Source: an uncultured Acetatifactor sp. (GTDB lineage: Bacteria; Bacillota; Clostridia; Lachnospirales; Lachnospiraceae). From it: a stretch of 64,000 nt of DNA. A program made the translations under genes and the position numbers. Position 1 is the stretch's first letter. Each line of letters opens with the position of its first letter. The stretch lies in assembly GCA_949840885.1 (NCBI GenBank), contig CATKYJ010000002.1:14115-78114 (forward strand), in the 5' to 3' direction. The notes beneath the pieces are model-generated. The model ran no database searches and was not told the origin of the DNA. It saw only the letters and a program-made list of their open reading frames with translations. Shown piece after piece: positions 29,925 to 40,262 of this stretch.

Positions 29925-30116
29925 CTCTTTCTCCTTTCCTGTTACCATCTATTTGTGGCTGTGCTACCTTTCGAGGCTTTCCATAACCGATGTCTATATG
30001 TAGATTGTACCGCTTTCTTTCCCGCTCCGATATAGTACATTCCCTGTATGAATAGCACACTGCCGCACACTGTCAAAAATCTGCGGCAGGCAATGCCGTT
30101 AGACTTTTCTTACAGA

Positions 30117-30689
30117 TCAGGTCTCCTCCGGCCTGTCCATTAACGCCAGTGGATATTCTCCCAGTCTTTTTACTACAAATCCATCTTTCTTAAAGGCATC
30201 ATAATCGAATGCATTCAGTTCGTCGATGGCAAGCTTATGAAATTCATAGAAATTCGGCCACCACTCGTAACCCTCTCCCAGGCTGTGGCTTAGATAGGCA
30301 TCCGCAATGTCTTTTCCCATCTGTGGCGCCACGTAAAAGGCTCCCATGGCCAGCACATTGACGCCGTTTCCCGTAATGGCCCTAAGCGCTGCGGGAACGC
30401 TCTCCACCACCCCGGCGTGGACCCCGGGACATTTGCTGGCGGCGATGTGGATCCCCATTCCCGTGCCGCAGAAAAGCAGGGCCCGCTCAAATTCTTTTTC
30501 GGAAATCATGGCCCCGGCCCGCAAGCCGATTCTGTAGAACATTTCCGGGTTCTCCTCCTCTGCCGACTTTACGCCGATGTCCGTCACTGTCCAGCCCTTT
30601 TTCTTCAAGTGGGCAACCACCGCCTCTTTCAGGGGAAATCCCACGAAATCTGCGCCTACCAAAATCTGTTTGTCCTTTACCAGCTTCAT
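30117..30689 (-). CDS. RpiB/LacA/LacB-family sugar isomerase, divergent active site
   Basis: VGADFVGFPLK, LFCGTGMG, NVLAMGA; GGAGG RBS. Confidence 0.85.
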   Translation of the reverse strand: MKLVKDKQILVGADFVGFPLKEAVVAHLKKKGWTVTDIGVKSAEEENPEMFYRIGLRAGAMISEKEFERALLFCGTGMGIHIAASKCPGVHAGVVESVPAALRAITGNGVNVLAMGAFYVAPQMGKDIADAYLSHSLGEGYEWWPNFYEFHKLAIDELNAFDYDAFKKDGFVVKRLGEYPLALMDRPEET

Positions 30690-30721
30690 ACTACTTTGCC
30701 TCCTTTTGGATTCTTTCATTT

Positions 30722-33310
30722 TCAGATTTCTGTCTCTTCCACATCTGTCTCCTCCGCCTCAAAGACATGGAACCCGCTGCCCACCGCGCTCCGCTTCCCG
30801 GCAAAGATCACCTCCGCCTCTGTGGAAAAGGGCACCGTCACATATAGCCTGCACTTTCCATAGCTTTTTACCCAGCGCACCGCCACTGTTCCTCTCACAG
30901 TCTCCACTTTCGCATTGACGGACAATAGCTTTTTCGGAAAACAGGGCTGAATCCGCATCCGCCCGAACCCTCTCTGCGTTGGCCTGATTCCCGCCAGATA
31001 AGCATAGAACCAGTAGCCTATAGAACCGTACATGGGATGGTTGTGGGAATTCATGTTGGGGCTTTTCTTCAGTTCGAAACGCTCCCAGACAGTGGTGGCC
31101 TCATTTTGAATCATATAGCCCAATGAGGGGTATTCCTCCCTGGTCACAAAGGCCCAGGCGTCGTCCACATAGCCGTACCGAGTCAGGGCTTCCAGCAGAT
31201 ATCTGGTGCAGAGATTCCCGGTGGTTATTTTCCCTCCCCTCATTTCCAGGTCTTCATGAATCCGCCTTGCCGCCTCCCTGCAGCGATCCTCAGGAACAAT
31301 GCCCAGCCAAAGGGCAAAACTCTGGCAGCCCTGGGAGCCTGTGGCCATCACTGCCCGCTCCTCATCCCACCACTGGTTCAGCATGGCACAGCGTATCTCC
31401 TCTGCCAGCTTCCCGTAGGAAACCGCCTCCTTTCGCTTTCCCAGAATTTCGGAAAATTCCTTTAGCAATACAGCATTGTAGTAATAATATCCTGTGGACA
31501 TAAAGCTTCCCGGGGTGCAGCCGGATGTGGTGGCATCAATATTCTCATCCCCGCCCTCACAGGCATAGACCGGCGCCACCCAGTCTCCATAGCGGGAGTA
31601 AGAAAGGATGTGTCCTGTGGCCATCTGCCCCAGCTTTTCCTCCCACTTTGCAAAGCCGTCATACGCCCTGCGGATGATCTGCGTATTCCCTGTATAGAGC
31701 ATGGCCTGCCTGGCGGCGATGAGGAAAGAGGAGCACACCGGATCCCCGGGCCGCCAGCCCAATACATAAGGAGCGGTACAGGTAATGGCGCCGTCCTTTG
31801 ACTGTGTATCCAGAATATCCTCCACCACCTTAGGGAACAGCCTGCCAATGTCGAACTGGTAGGGCACTGCCTCAAAGCGCACCGTGGCATCATTGAGCCA
31901 CCCCAGGCGTTCGTCCCTCTGGGGACAATCCGTGAAGATACTGTGGATGTTGGACTTTTCCGTCTGAAGGATATTTTTCATGACCGCATTGGCCAATCCG
32001 CTTCCACATCGAAAAAAGCTGTCCAGTGCCGCGTCCGTGTAGCAGCTCACGGCGGTAATGTCCTCCGGCCCCAGTTCCTTTAGCCCCTCTATCTGGACGT
32101 AGCGGAATCCGTGGTAGGTGAACTTCGGGCTCCATTCTTTCAAGTCTCTCCCATCTCTTGCCGCAATATAAGTATCTGTGCTGCGAGCACTCCGCAGGGT
32201 ATCCATGTACACGGTTCCGTTCTCGTCCAGGCGCTCGGAAAATTTCAGGGTAATCTCCTGTCCCTGTCTCAATTCCCACGGAATCTTCAGGGAGCAAAAC
32301 CCCGCCATGTTCTGTCCGAAATCCGCCAGCCATACCCCCGGTCTAAGGGAATGCAGAAGCTGCACCCCATAACGCTCCCTGGCGGTGACGGGCTCCAGTG
32401 TCATAGACACCGCCTGCCCTCCCGGCGGCTCCAGGGTTCTTACCCGGGAAAAGCCGGGAGAGGCGGATCCAAAGCGGTTCCAGGTATCGTCCCTCCTGCG
32501 GGCGTCGAAAGTCTCCCCGTGAAACAGATGGCTGTAAACCACGGGGCCCGTCCCCCACAGCCAGGTATCATCCGTGCCCATAACCTGGGTGGTGCCGTCC
32601 TCATAGGTAAGGCTTAGCACCAGCGCCACCTGGGGAACCCCGAAAAAGCGCACCGGATTCCATCCCCGGGAGGCACATTCCTCGTTCCGCCGCCAGCCCT
32701 GCCCCAGGATGACACTGATGCAGTTTTCATCTTTCAACAGTCCCTCCGCCTCCGGGAATACCACAAAGTAGCAGTGTCTGGTATAGTCGGAAATGGCCGG
32801 GTCCAAGAGAGCCTCCCCCAGCCTGGCGCCATTGAGGTACACTTCGTGGAACCCCAGGCCGCAGGCATATATGCAGGCATGGGTTACCTTTTTGTGCAGC
32901 AGGAAATCTTTCTTAAAATATACCGCTCTGTCTTTTTGGTCCTCTGAGGCAGCCACCCAGGTTTTTTCATATTTTTGCAGAGCAGACCGGAAAAAGAATT
33001 CCTCACGTTCTGTGCTGACTTCCCCTCTATGGTCCTGTACCGCCACCGCCAGACATATTCTTCTCTCCTCCGGCAGCGCAGTTCCCCCATAGACAGCCTC
33101 CTGGGCATCGCTCTCCACCCAGCCTGTGTCCCACAGCGTCTGTGTCCCACACCATACTCTCAGCCGGTAGGCCGCCTGGCTCACATTCCTGCCGTCCGCC
33201 TCCGCCGCCCAGGAGAATACGGGATTTTCCCGCTCTGTTATCCGATATCTGCCCTGGCCTTTTAGCTGTCCGTAGTCCAGTCTGATGTTCTTTACACGCA
33301 GCATTTTCAC
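30722..33310 (-). CDS. Alpha-L-rhamnosidase, GH78
   Basis: PVFSW, LWDTGWV, DFGQN, FTYHGFRY, FTDCPQRDERLGWLND, ATTVWE, NSHNHPM. Confidence 0.92.
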   Translation of the reverse strand: MKMLRVKNIRLDYGQLKGQGRYRITERENPVFSWAAEADGRNVSQAAYRLRVWCGTQTLWDTGWVESDAQEAVYGGTALPEERRICLAVAVQDHRGEVSTEREEFFFRSALQKYEKTWVAASEDQKDRAVYFKKDFLLHKKVTHACIYACGLGFHEVYLNGARLGEALLDPAISDYTRHCYFVVFPEAEGLLKDENCISVILGQGWRRNEECASRGWNPVRFFGVPQVALVLSLTYEDGTTQVMGTDDTWLWGTGPVVYSHLFHGETFDARRRDDTWNRFGSASPGFSRVRTLEPPGGQAVSMTLEPVTARERYGVQLLHSLRPGVWLADFGQNMAGFCSLKIPWELRQGQEITLKFSERLDENGTVYMDTLRSARSTDTYIAARDGRDLKEWSPKFTYHGFRYVQIEGLKELGPEDITAVSCYTDAALDSFFRCGSGLANAVMKNILQTEKSNIHSIFTDCPQRDERLGWLNDATVRFEAVPYQFDIGRLFPKVVEDILDTQSKDGAITCTAPYVLGWRPGDPVCSSFLIAARQAMLYTGNTQIIRRAYDGFAKWEEKLGQMATGHILSYSRYGDWVAPVYACEGGDENIDATTSGCTPGSFMSTGYYYYNAVLLKEFSEILGKRKEAVSYGKLAEEIRCAMLNQWWDEERAVMATGSQGCQSFALWLGIVPEDRCREAARRIHEDLEMRGGKITTGNLCTRYLLEALTRYGYVDDAWAFVTREEYPSLGYMIQNEATTVWERFELKKSPNMNSHNHPMYGSIGYWFYAYLAGIRPTQRGFGRMRIQPCFPKKLLSVNAKVETVRGTVAVRWVKSYGKCRLYVTVPFSTEAEVIFAGKRSAVGSGFHVFEAEETDVEETEI

Positions 33311-33668
33311 TCCCTCATTTCCTCATGATTCTAAAACCGTCTCTGCTGTCTCTGTCTGCCAGTTTCTCATAACTGGTATTATAGGAAACAAATGCAGCTT
33401 CCTATAATCGAACATGGCACAAAGAACGCGCCTTTTATCAGAAGCGTAAGGATTGCTTCTGGTCAGTTATATTACAGGAACCGCTTCGCGAACCCTGTAA
33501 TCGGGCATGGCATGAAACAGGCAATTTCTCATAGCTGTTATTATACTGGCACGGCGGCATAAACTGAAATTGCATTTCTCCGTCATCTATAGCATTCTCC
33601 AGGCCGAACCGCAATTCCTTACAACCACCACTACGGCTTAATCTCCCAGACTTACTTTACTACAGCTT

Positions 33669-34214
33669 TTGGGCCGAAAAATACTGACGCTTTCCGATTC
33701 CTATCTTGAAAAGATCTCTCTGCCTATGCTAGAATGTAAAGTGAAAGTGATCAATATCAATCTGCCGCAGAATCACGTTATCCTGCAAAAATGCCGGCCG
33801 CTGTATGAGTATTCCTGGTTCATACAGCACATCCGGCGATACATGGCAGAGGGTGTGGGCCAGGATGCCGCAATCATCCATGCCGTGAAAGATTGCGAGA
33901 AAGAGAACATACTGGCAGAATTCATGCGGGAGCATAGCTCGGAGGTAATAAATATGCTGTATACACAGTTTAATATGGAAGACGCGCTGGAAGTCCGATA
34001 TGAAGAGGGGTTTGAAGACGGCGAAATAACGGGAGCAGAGAAGAAGCTGGTAGAACTGGTATGCCGGAAACTGGCAAAAGGAAAATCCCCCAAAACCATT
34101 GCGGAGGAATTGGAGGAAGCTCTTGAGACTGTGACAAAAATATGTGACGCCGCTGAAAAATGCGGTTCCTGTTCTGATGCGGATGTGGTTTTCCGCGTAT
34201 TGCAAAATATATAA
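33669..34214 (+). pseudogene. C-terminal fragment of an Rpn/PD-(D/E)XK transposase-like protein
   Basis: LECKVKVININ...ILQKCRPLYEYSWF...EVINML...RYEEGFEDG...KLAKGKS tail; no N-terminal nuclease domain, no clear RBS. Confidence 0.55.
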
Positions 34215-34241
34215 GCATTTCGTAGGTCCCGGTACCTGGTT

Positions 34242-34967
34242 TCACAATACCCCGAACAATGCCCCCAGATCCTCGCCCTCAATGATCCTGCTGCTGGGCC
34301 TGCCCTCATTGGCCAGCATGGCCTCTACACGGTTTGCAATGGTCACGTCAATGAACCGTCCGATTTCAATGCCCCGCAGTTCAAAGAAAAGCAGCGGCTG
34401 CTCATCCAGGCGCACCCCAACCCCGTAAAGCGCTGCGGCCACATGCTTGCACAAAAGCGCCCAGTCCGGACAGCTGCACTGAAAGCTGATTTCCCTGGGG
34501 GTGGGAAACAGCCCGTCCTTTCCCTGGAACAGTTCCTGCATCTGAACCGGGAAATTCCCGTTCAGCAGTTCTTCCATATTTTCAATCTTACTGCCGCATT
34601 TTTCGATGATGCTCTGACATTTTTCCTCTGAAAGGGGACTGATGCGGATCTCCACCTTGTAGGGCACCTTGCGGGTGCCCTGGACCCTGGCCAGTATCTT
34701 CCCTTTCTGAATCTTTAAATCCAGCACCGCGCCGGCCCGCACATACCGCTTTCCCCGATCCAGCCGGCTTTCATAATCCGCATACTGCTCCAGATTCTCG
34801 CACCATGCCCTGCCCCACCAGTTCTGTACGATATTTCTTCCCTGTACCGTCACCGGCTCCAGCTGATTTCCTTTCTTTTTTTCTTTCTTTTTGCTCTCCG
34901 CCGCATTCTTTTGAATTTCTGCGGCAGTGGGCTGCCCGTAAACCGTCGTATCCCAGTACCTGCTCAT
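34242..34967 (-). CDS. SWIM zinc-finger protein
   Basis: WWGRAW, RLDRGKRY, CSCPDW...CKH, PLLFFELRG. Confidence 0.9.
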   Translation of the reverse strand: MSRYWDTTVYGQPTAAEIQKNAAESKKKEKKKGNQLEPVTVQGRNIVQNWWGRAWCENLEQYADYESRLDRGKRYVRAGAVLDLKIQKGKILARVQGTRKVPYKVEIRISPLSEEKCQSIIEKCGSKIENMEELLNGNFPVQMQELFQGKDGLFPTPREISFQCSCPDWALLCKHVAAALYGVGVRLDEQPLLFFELRGIEIGRFIDVTIANRVEAMLANEGRPSSRIIEGEDLGALFGVL

Positions 34968-34986
34968 CCGCTTCCCACCGTTCCTT

Positions 34987-37611
34987 TCAAGCCCTCGGCA
35001 GTTCCAGCCGCAGCATGGCCATCAGCTCTTCATTGTTTAGCTCCGTAATCCATTTCTCGCCGCCGGAACCTATGACATGCTCCGCCAACTCCTTTTTGGA
35101 GGCAATCATGGCATCAATCTTCTCCTCGATAGTCCCCTGGCACACCAGCTTATGAACCACCACGTTTTTCTTCTGGCCAATCCGGAAAGCCCTGTCCGTT
35201 GCCTGATTCTCCACTGCCGGATTCCACCACCTGTCAAAATGAATCACATGATTTGCTTTCGTCAGATTCAGGCCTGTCCCTCCCGCTTTCACAGATACAA
35301 CCATAAAGGGCACATATTTCTCTCCCTGAAATTCCTCCACAATCTTCCCCCGCTTTGCCACTGGTGTCCCGCCGTGAAGCACATAGCCCTTGTGCCCGAA
35401 CACTTGCGCCAGAAAAGCAGCCAGATATTCCGTAATCTCCTTAAACTGCGTGAATACAATGACCCTCTCCCGCTTCTCGTAGATAGTCTCGCAGATATCC
35501 TTTAACAGCAGCAACTTCCCGCTCTCCTCCATGGCATAGGCTTCCTGCCCCAGATACTGATCCGGGTGATTGCAGATCTGCTTCAGCTTCATGATAGTGG
35601 TAAGGATGATGCCGCTGCGCTGGATCCCTTGCGTCTCCGAAATCTTCTGCTCCATGTCCGCCACGGCTTTCCGGTACAGGACTACCTGCTTCTTTGTCAA
35701 TGTGACATAATCAACGCTCTCCAGCTTCTCCGGCAGATCGGAGATAATCTTCTTATCCGTCTTCACCCGCCTGAGCATAAACGGCGATACCATTGTCTTT
35801 AGCCGCATGTAACCCTCCGGATGGTCGTCCAGGGCTTTGCAGTATTCATGAAATTCCTTTGCGGAACCCAAAAGCCCCTTATTCAGGAAATCAAACAAGG
35901 ACCAGAGATTCATCAGTTCATTTTCAATAGGCGTCCCCGTCATCACAATGCGCATTCTGGCGGACAGCTTCTTAATCTCTCTGGTCTGCTTCGTACCGGG
36001 ATTCTTGATAGCCTGAGCTTCATCCAAAATCACGCAGTCCCAGGAAATCTCCTGCAATCCCTTGACCCGGGCCGCCATGCCATATGTGGTAATGGTTAAA
36101 AATGCGCTGTTTTCCGTCAGTTCTTTTTCCAGCGCCGCTGCGGTCTTTCCATGAAGAATCTGAAAGTCCATCCGGGGAGCAAACTTCTGGGCCTCCCTCT
36201 GCCAGTTCCCCAGCAGGGAAGCAGGCAGCACCAGCAGCACCCTGGCAGAAGCTTTGGCGTTCCGCAGTCTCTCCAGATAGGCCAGCACCTGCACCGTTTT
36301 TCCCAGTCCCATATCGTCCGCCAGACAGGCCCCGAACCCTAACTGGTCCATATAGTCCAGCCAGGTATACCCGTTCTTCTGATAAGGCCGCAGGGTGGCC
36401 TGAAAGCTTTTGGGAACCGGTGCTTTCCGGATGGTCTCCGGCTTTCTCAAATGCATCAAAAACTCCGAAAGCCATTCCCCGTTAGATACCGCAGTCCCCA
36501 CATCAAACAGCTTATTCTTCTGCCCCAGCTCTATCTGCATGGCATCAAAAAGCGTCATCTCCCCGGGTATCCCCTGAAGCCGCGCCAGAAGTTCGCGCAG
36601 CTTTTCATGATCCACTTCCACCCATTTCCCTTTTAAAAGCGCCAGCCCGTCAGTCTGCTCTAACAGCTTCCTGATATCCTCCTCCGTCAATTCCATCCCG
36701 TCCACCACCAGCTTAGGGCGCACGGAAATCAATGTCTCAAAGCCCAGCATAGCGGGCTTGTTCTCTCCCAGGCTGGCCTCCAGCGACACGGAGGATGCTT
36801 TCTTTTTCCACCAGTTGGGAATCCGGCAAAGAATCCCCACCTGCTCTATGGCCTCAATATCTTTCAAAAAAGTGTACGCTTCCTGTGCCGTCAGCCGGAG
36901 CGCATGGAACATCTCCCCGGTATCCACAAAGCCGCCGATGAGCTCAGAGACCTCTGCCGCGCGGTTTAGGCAGGACAGAAGCTTTAACAGCTTCTCCCTC
37001 TCATTCTGATACTCTGTCAGGGCATACTTTAAGGGCACATGACGCACCTTTCCGTCCTTTCCCTTTGTGGCGTAGGTGGCCAGGAACGCAAATGGGAAAG
37101 TTTCGTCCTTATGCTCCACCAGATGGAAGAAAATCCGCTCCGGCACATGGAGATGCTGATTTTTCTCCGTGAGATACATTTCTACGGTTCCGTTGTAGTC
37201 TGCGATCTCCCTGCGAAAAATCTCCAGAAGCCTTTTAAAGATATTGCTAATCCATTTGGCATTTATGTACTCCGCACCGATGGCAAAAGGCACTGCCTTT
37301 AGCAGGGTCTCCACATCCTCCCCGGAAAGCTTAAACTCCACCTTTTCCCTGGCAAGCTCCAGCTCCGGGAGACTGGTCAGACCCTTTAAGAATACTTCCG
37401 ATACCAGCCGCAGAAAGTTCCCTGTGGCCGTAAGTTCAGCCGGCTTCTCCGCAAAGCCCATCTGATACAGGGCATAATACCTGTCCGATGTAAACCGGTG
37501 TCCCCAGGAATCCTCTTCCCCGGTATTCCAGGAGGCCTGGGCGTCCAGACAGAATTCTTTTTCCGTAAAAATGAATTGCAGAATTTCTGTCCGTTCCTGT
37601 GTTTTTTCCAT
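34987..37611 (-). CDS. SNF2-family helicase/ATPase
   Basis: LRPYQ, LADDMGLGKT, ILDEAQ, TGTPIEN, LKQICNHP, GTGLNL, WWNPAVENQATDRAFRIGQ. Confidence 0.95.
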   Translation of the reverse strand: MEKTQERTEILQFIFTEKEFCLDAQASWNTGEEDSWGHRFTSDRYYALYQMGFAEKPAELTATGNFLRLVSEVFLKGLTSLPELELAREKVEFKLSGEDVETLLKAVPFAIGAEYINAKWISNIFKRLLEIFRREIADYNGTVEMYLTEKNQHLHVPERIFFHLVEHKDETFPFAFLATYATKGKDGKVRHVPLKYALTEYQNEREKLLKLLSCLNRAAEVSELIGGFVDTGEMFHALRLTAQEAYTFLKDIEAIEQVGILCRIPNWWKKKASSVSLEASLGENKPAMLGFETLISVRPKLVVDGMELTEEDIRKLLEQTDGLALLKGKWVEVDHEKLRELLARLQGIPGEMTLFDAMQIELGQKNKLFDVGTAVSNGEWLSEFLMHLRKPETIRKAPVPKSFQATLRPYQKNGYTWLDYMDQLGFGACLADDMGLGKTVQVLAYLERLRNAKASARVLLVLPASLLGNWQREAQKFAPRMDFQILHGKTAAALEKELTENSAFLTITTYGMAARVKGLQEISWDCVILDEAQAIKNPGTKQTREIKKLSARMRIVMTGTPIENELMNLWSLFDFLNKGLLGSAKEFHEYCKALDDHPEGYMRLKTMVSPFMLRRVKTDKKIISDLPEKLESVDYVTLTKKQVVLYRKAVADMEQKISETQGIQRSGIILTTIMKLKQICNHPDQYLGQEAYAMEESGKLLLLKDICETIYEKRERVIVFTQFKEITEYLAAFLAQVFGHKGYVLHGGTPVAKRGKIVEEFQGEKYVPFMVVSVKAGGTGLNLTKANHVIHFDRWWNPAVENQATDRAFRIGQKKNVVVHKLVCQGTIEEKIDAMIASKKELAEHVIGSGGEKWITELNNEELMAMLRLELPRA

Positions 37612-37723
37612 AGAAGCTCCTCTTTCGCTATGATTGCGCTGAACCTGCGCTACTATATTCCGATACTCTTTTCAACCAATCTTTTCCCCGAAATGGGCCA
37701 AAATGTCCTCTTTGGTACAGAAC

Positions 37724-39196
37724 TTATCTTTCTTTCTGCCGCTTCTCCGCAGTCTTCAGGATCCAGTCCACCGCCGCCTCCCCATGGGTGGGCAGGTTGT
37801 GGGGTGTTTGCCCGGCCGCTCCGGCCTCCGGGTTCCGGGACGCTTCTGCCCCCGTGCGGAAAGTCTGAAGAGCATAGGTAGCTAACAACCCCGCCACCCG
37901 GCCCCGCTCAATAGAATTCTCCGCCCCCAAAAGCACCACCACCAGGTCATGTTCAACAGCCCCATCCTCCCCCCGCAGGGATGTGACCAGACAGGCTCCG
38001 GCTTTATTGGTGGTTCCGGTTTTCAGGCCCGTGACCGCGGCCATATTGTGCAAGAGCGGGTTAGAATTCTTCACTTCCACCCCAAGGGATTCTATCACGG
38101 CGGATTTCAGGGAAGTTATATCCGTAATTTGGGGATATACTTTCAGCATATACGATACCATCCGGAACATATCCTCTGCGCTCATACGGTTCTGCCGCTT
38201 CGAGGGAACCGGATCCTGGGTATAGGCAGGCAGACCATGGCTATTGTAGAACATTGCCTGGGACAGCCCCAGCTCCAGCGCTTTCTGATTCATCCTCTCC
38301 ACAAAAGCTTCTTCTGAACCTGCGATGGTTTCCGCCAGGCTAAAGGCGCATTCGTTGCTGGAGGGTAAAAGAGCCCCCAGTAAAAGTTCCTGCACAGTGA
38401 TCTGCTTTCCGGCTTTCAAGGGAAGCACCCCATCTGCCGACTCTGCCAGCATCTGGGCAGCCTCGGAAATGGTGACTGACTGATTGAGGGAAAGCTGCCC
38501 CGTTGAGATAGCTTCCATAGCCAGGAGACAGGTCATCAGTTTGGAGGTGCTTGCTATGGGGTAGGCTGCATCTGACTGATACCTGTAGTAAATCTCCCCC
38601 GTGGTGGCATCTCCTGCCAGCACGCTGTTGACCCCGTAAAAATACCCGGCCTGTTCCAAAGACTCCGGAGAGATCCGGAAAGGTTCCTGCGTATAAATCT
38701 CCAGGGAACCTGCCGCAGGCACGCTGAGATTTACATCCAGAATCATGGCCAGATCCGCGGCCATCATAAAGCAGTCGTAATAACCGGAGGACATAGGCAG
38801 GATCAGGGTATAGTAGATTGTCTTTTCTCCATTTACCGTGAATTCGTTTCTCCGCACAGAAAGCTCCGGTAATTCCTCCTCGCCCCATGGAGCATTTTCC
38901 GTTCCCACAGGCGCGTAGGCCCCTCCCAGGTTCAGGGCGACTGATGCTTTCGCAATATCCAGAGAGAACCCTTTCTCCGTACCGCTCAGAACCATGGCTA
39001 TATCCCGCAGGGAAAGGTAGGCATTGTTGGCATAGTCGCAGTCCAGGGTTTTTACCGTACCGGAAGCGCCGGAATCTGTCTGCACCAGGCAGCTCCCGGG
39101 AATCTCGTAGCCTGCAGCTGCCTGGATAGACGGCATGGCACATACCAGAGTAACACAGACTAACATGGCGCATATTTTCTGCAGTATTCGTTTCAT
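37724..39196 (-). CDS. D-alanyl-D-alanine carboxypeptidase (S11) with extra N-terminal domain
   Basis: Signal peptide; ASTSK (SxxK), SSN (SxN), KTG motifs. Confidence 0.88.
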   Translation of the reverse strand: MKRILQKICAMLVCVTLVCAMPSIQAAAGYEIPGSCLVQTDSGASGTVKTLDCDYANNAYLSLRDIAMVLSGTEKGFSLDIAKASVALNLGGAYAPVGTENAPWGEEELPELSVRRNEFTVNGEKTIYYTLILPMSSGYYDCFMMAADLAMILDVNLSVPAAGSLEIYTQEPFRISPESLEQAGYFYGVNSVLAGDATTGEIYYRYQSDAAYPIASTSKLMTCLLAMEAISTGQLSLNQSVTISEAAQMLAESADGVLPLKAGKQITVQELLLGALLPSSNECAFSLAETIAGSEEAFVERMNQKALELGLSQAMFYNSHGLPAYTQDPVPSKRQNRMSAEDMFRMVSYMLKVYPQITDITSLKSAVIESLGVEVKNSNPLLHNMAAVTGLKTGTTNKAGACLVTSLRGEDGAVEHDLVVVLLGAENSIERGRVAGLLATYALQTFRTGAEASRNPEAGAAGQTPHNLPTHGEAAVDWILKTAEKRQKER

Positions 39197-39394
39197 TTGC
39201 TCTCTTTCCTCTCCTTATCTACCGGTAAAAGGCTTTCGCTGACCATATAAACCATCGCCTCACCGCTTATTTCTGCTTTCCTCATCCGCAATTCCCGACT
39301 CCGGAGCCATCCCCCATTCCCTTTCCCTTTCCTAAAATGATATCATCTTTGCCTTCCAATCATGTACCATTTTATCCGGCACGATGAAAGCATC

Positions 39395-40126
39395 TTACTG
39401 GCTTTCAGATTGTATTAATTGGTACACAATCGGGTATCGCTCCGGGAAGAGGCTGACCGCAGTCCCGGCCTCCCCGGACAAAACCAGCGTGGAGCCTTTT
39501 CGGACATAGCTCTCCTCCCTTATGGCAGCAGTGCCTCCCTCACTAAACTGCCGCAGCAGCACGCTCTCCCCTGCTTCGTAGGTGCCGCTGCTGTCATACT
39601 CGGCCTGAAGTTCTTCCAGCGAGGGCAGCAGCGCCGGGCCGCAGGCCATCAGATAGGAGACCGTGGACATTCCAAAGGCCTCATTGATCAGCGCCTCTAC
39701 ATTGTCCGCATCCGTACTCTCCGCATAGCCCGCCATACGGAGCCTTTCCGCCACCAGCTCTTCAAAGGCCGCCGCAAAGGCCTCATAAGCTGCCTGGTTA
39801 CAGGCCTCGTAGCTTTCCGGCAGGACACTATTGCGAAAAGTCCCTTGAAAGCGGGCAATTTGCTCAAAAGATAAATTGACCTGTATAGTCAACTCCGGCA
39901 TATGAGCCTCCACGTCCTCCTGAGAAACCCGGACAGCCTCTATGTCCTGCAGCCAGCCATACGCCTGAGCGGCGGCATACTGCGTCATGGACAGTTCCGT
40001 CGTCCACTCCCCGGAAAGGTCTCTGTCCCCCGGCCTGTAAAAATACAGGTAAGCCAAAAACGCAATGGCAGCGCTTAAAGACAGAAACAATAGGGTAAAT
40101 ATGATGCTTTTCATGGCCTTTCTCAT
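39395..40126 (-). CDS. Hypothetical membrane-anchored protein
   Basis: Long ORF with N-terminal TM helix, co-oriented with neighbours. Confidence 0.7.
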   Translation of the reverse strand: MRKAMKSIIFTLLFLSLSAAIAFLAYLYFYRPGDRDLSGEWTTELSMTQYAAAQAYGWLQDIEAVRVSQEDVEAHMPELTIQVNLSFEQIARFQGTFRNSVLPESYEACNQAAYEAFAAAFEELVAERLRMAGYAESTDADNVEALINEAFGMSTVSYLMACGPALLPSLEELQAEYDSSGTYEAGESVLLRQFSEGGTAAIREESYVRKGSTLVLSGEAGTAVSLFPERYPIVYQLIQSESQ

Positions 40127-40262
40127 GGCAATCCCCCTGTATACCGTATGCAATCCGGCAGTGCCTCAGGATTCACTGTCCTTCGGAACGCTCTCCATAG
40201 CATATAATGCATCTTCACCAGGTCGCTGATAAAGCTGTCTTATCTACATTGTAAAAGTCGTC

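Noticed and set aside
29960..30060. Structured RNA closed by GTGCTA/TAGCAC upstream of the permease
   Set aside because: Only short helices; matches no family I recognise
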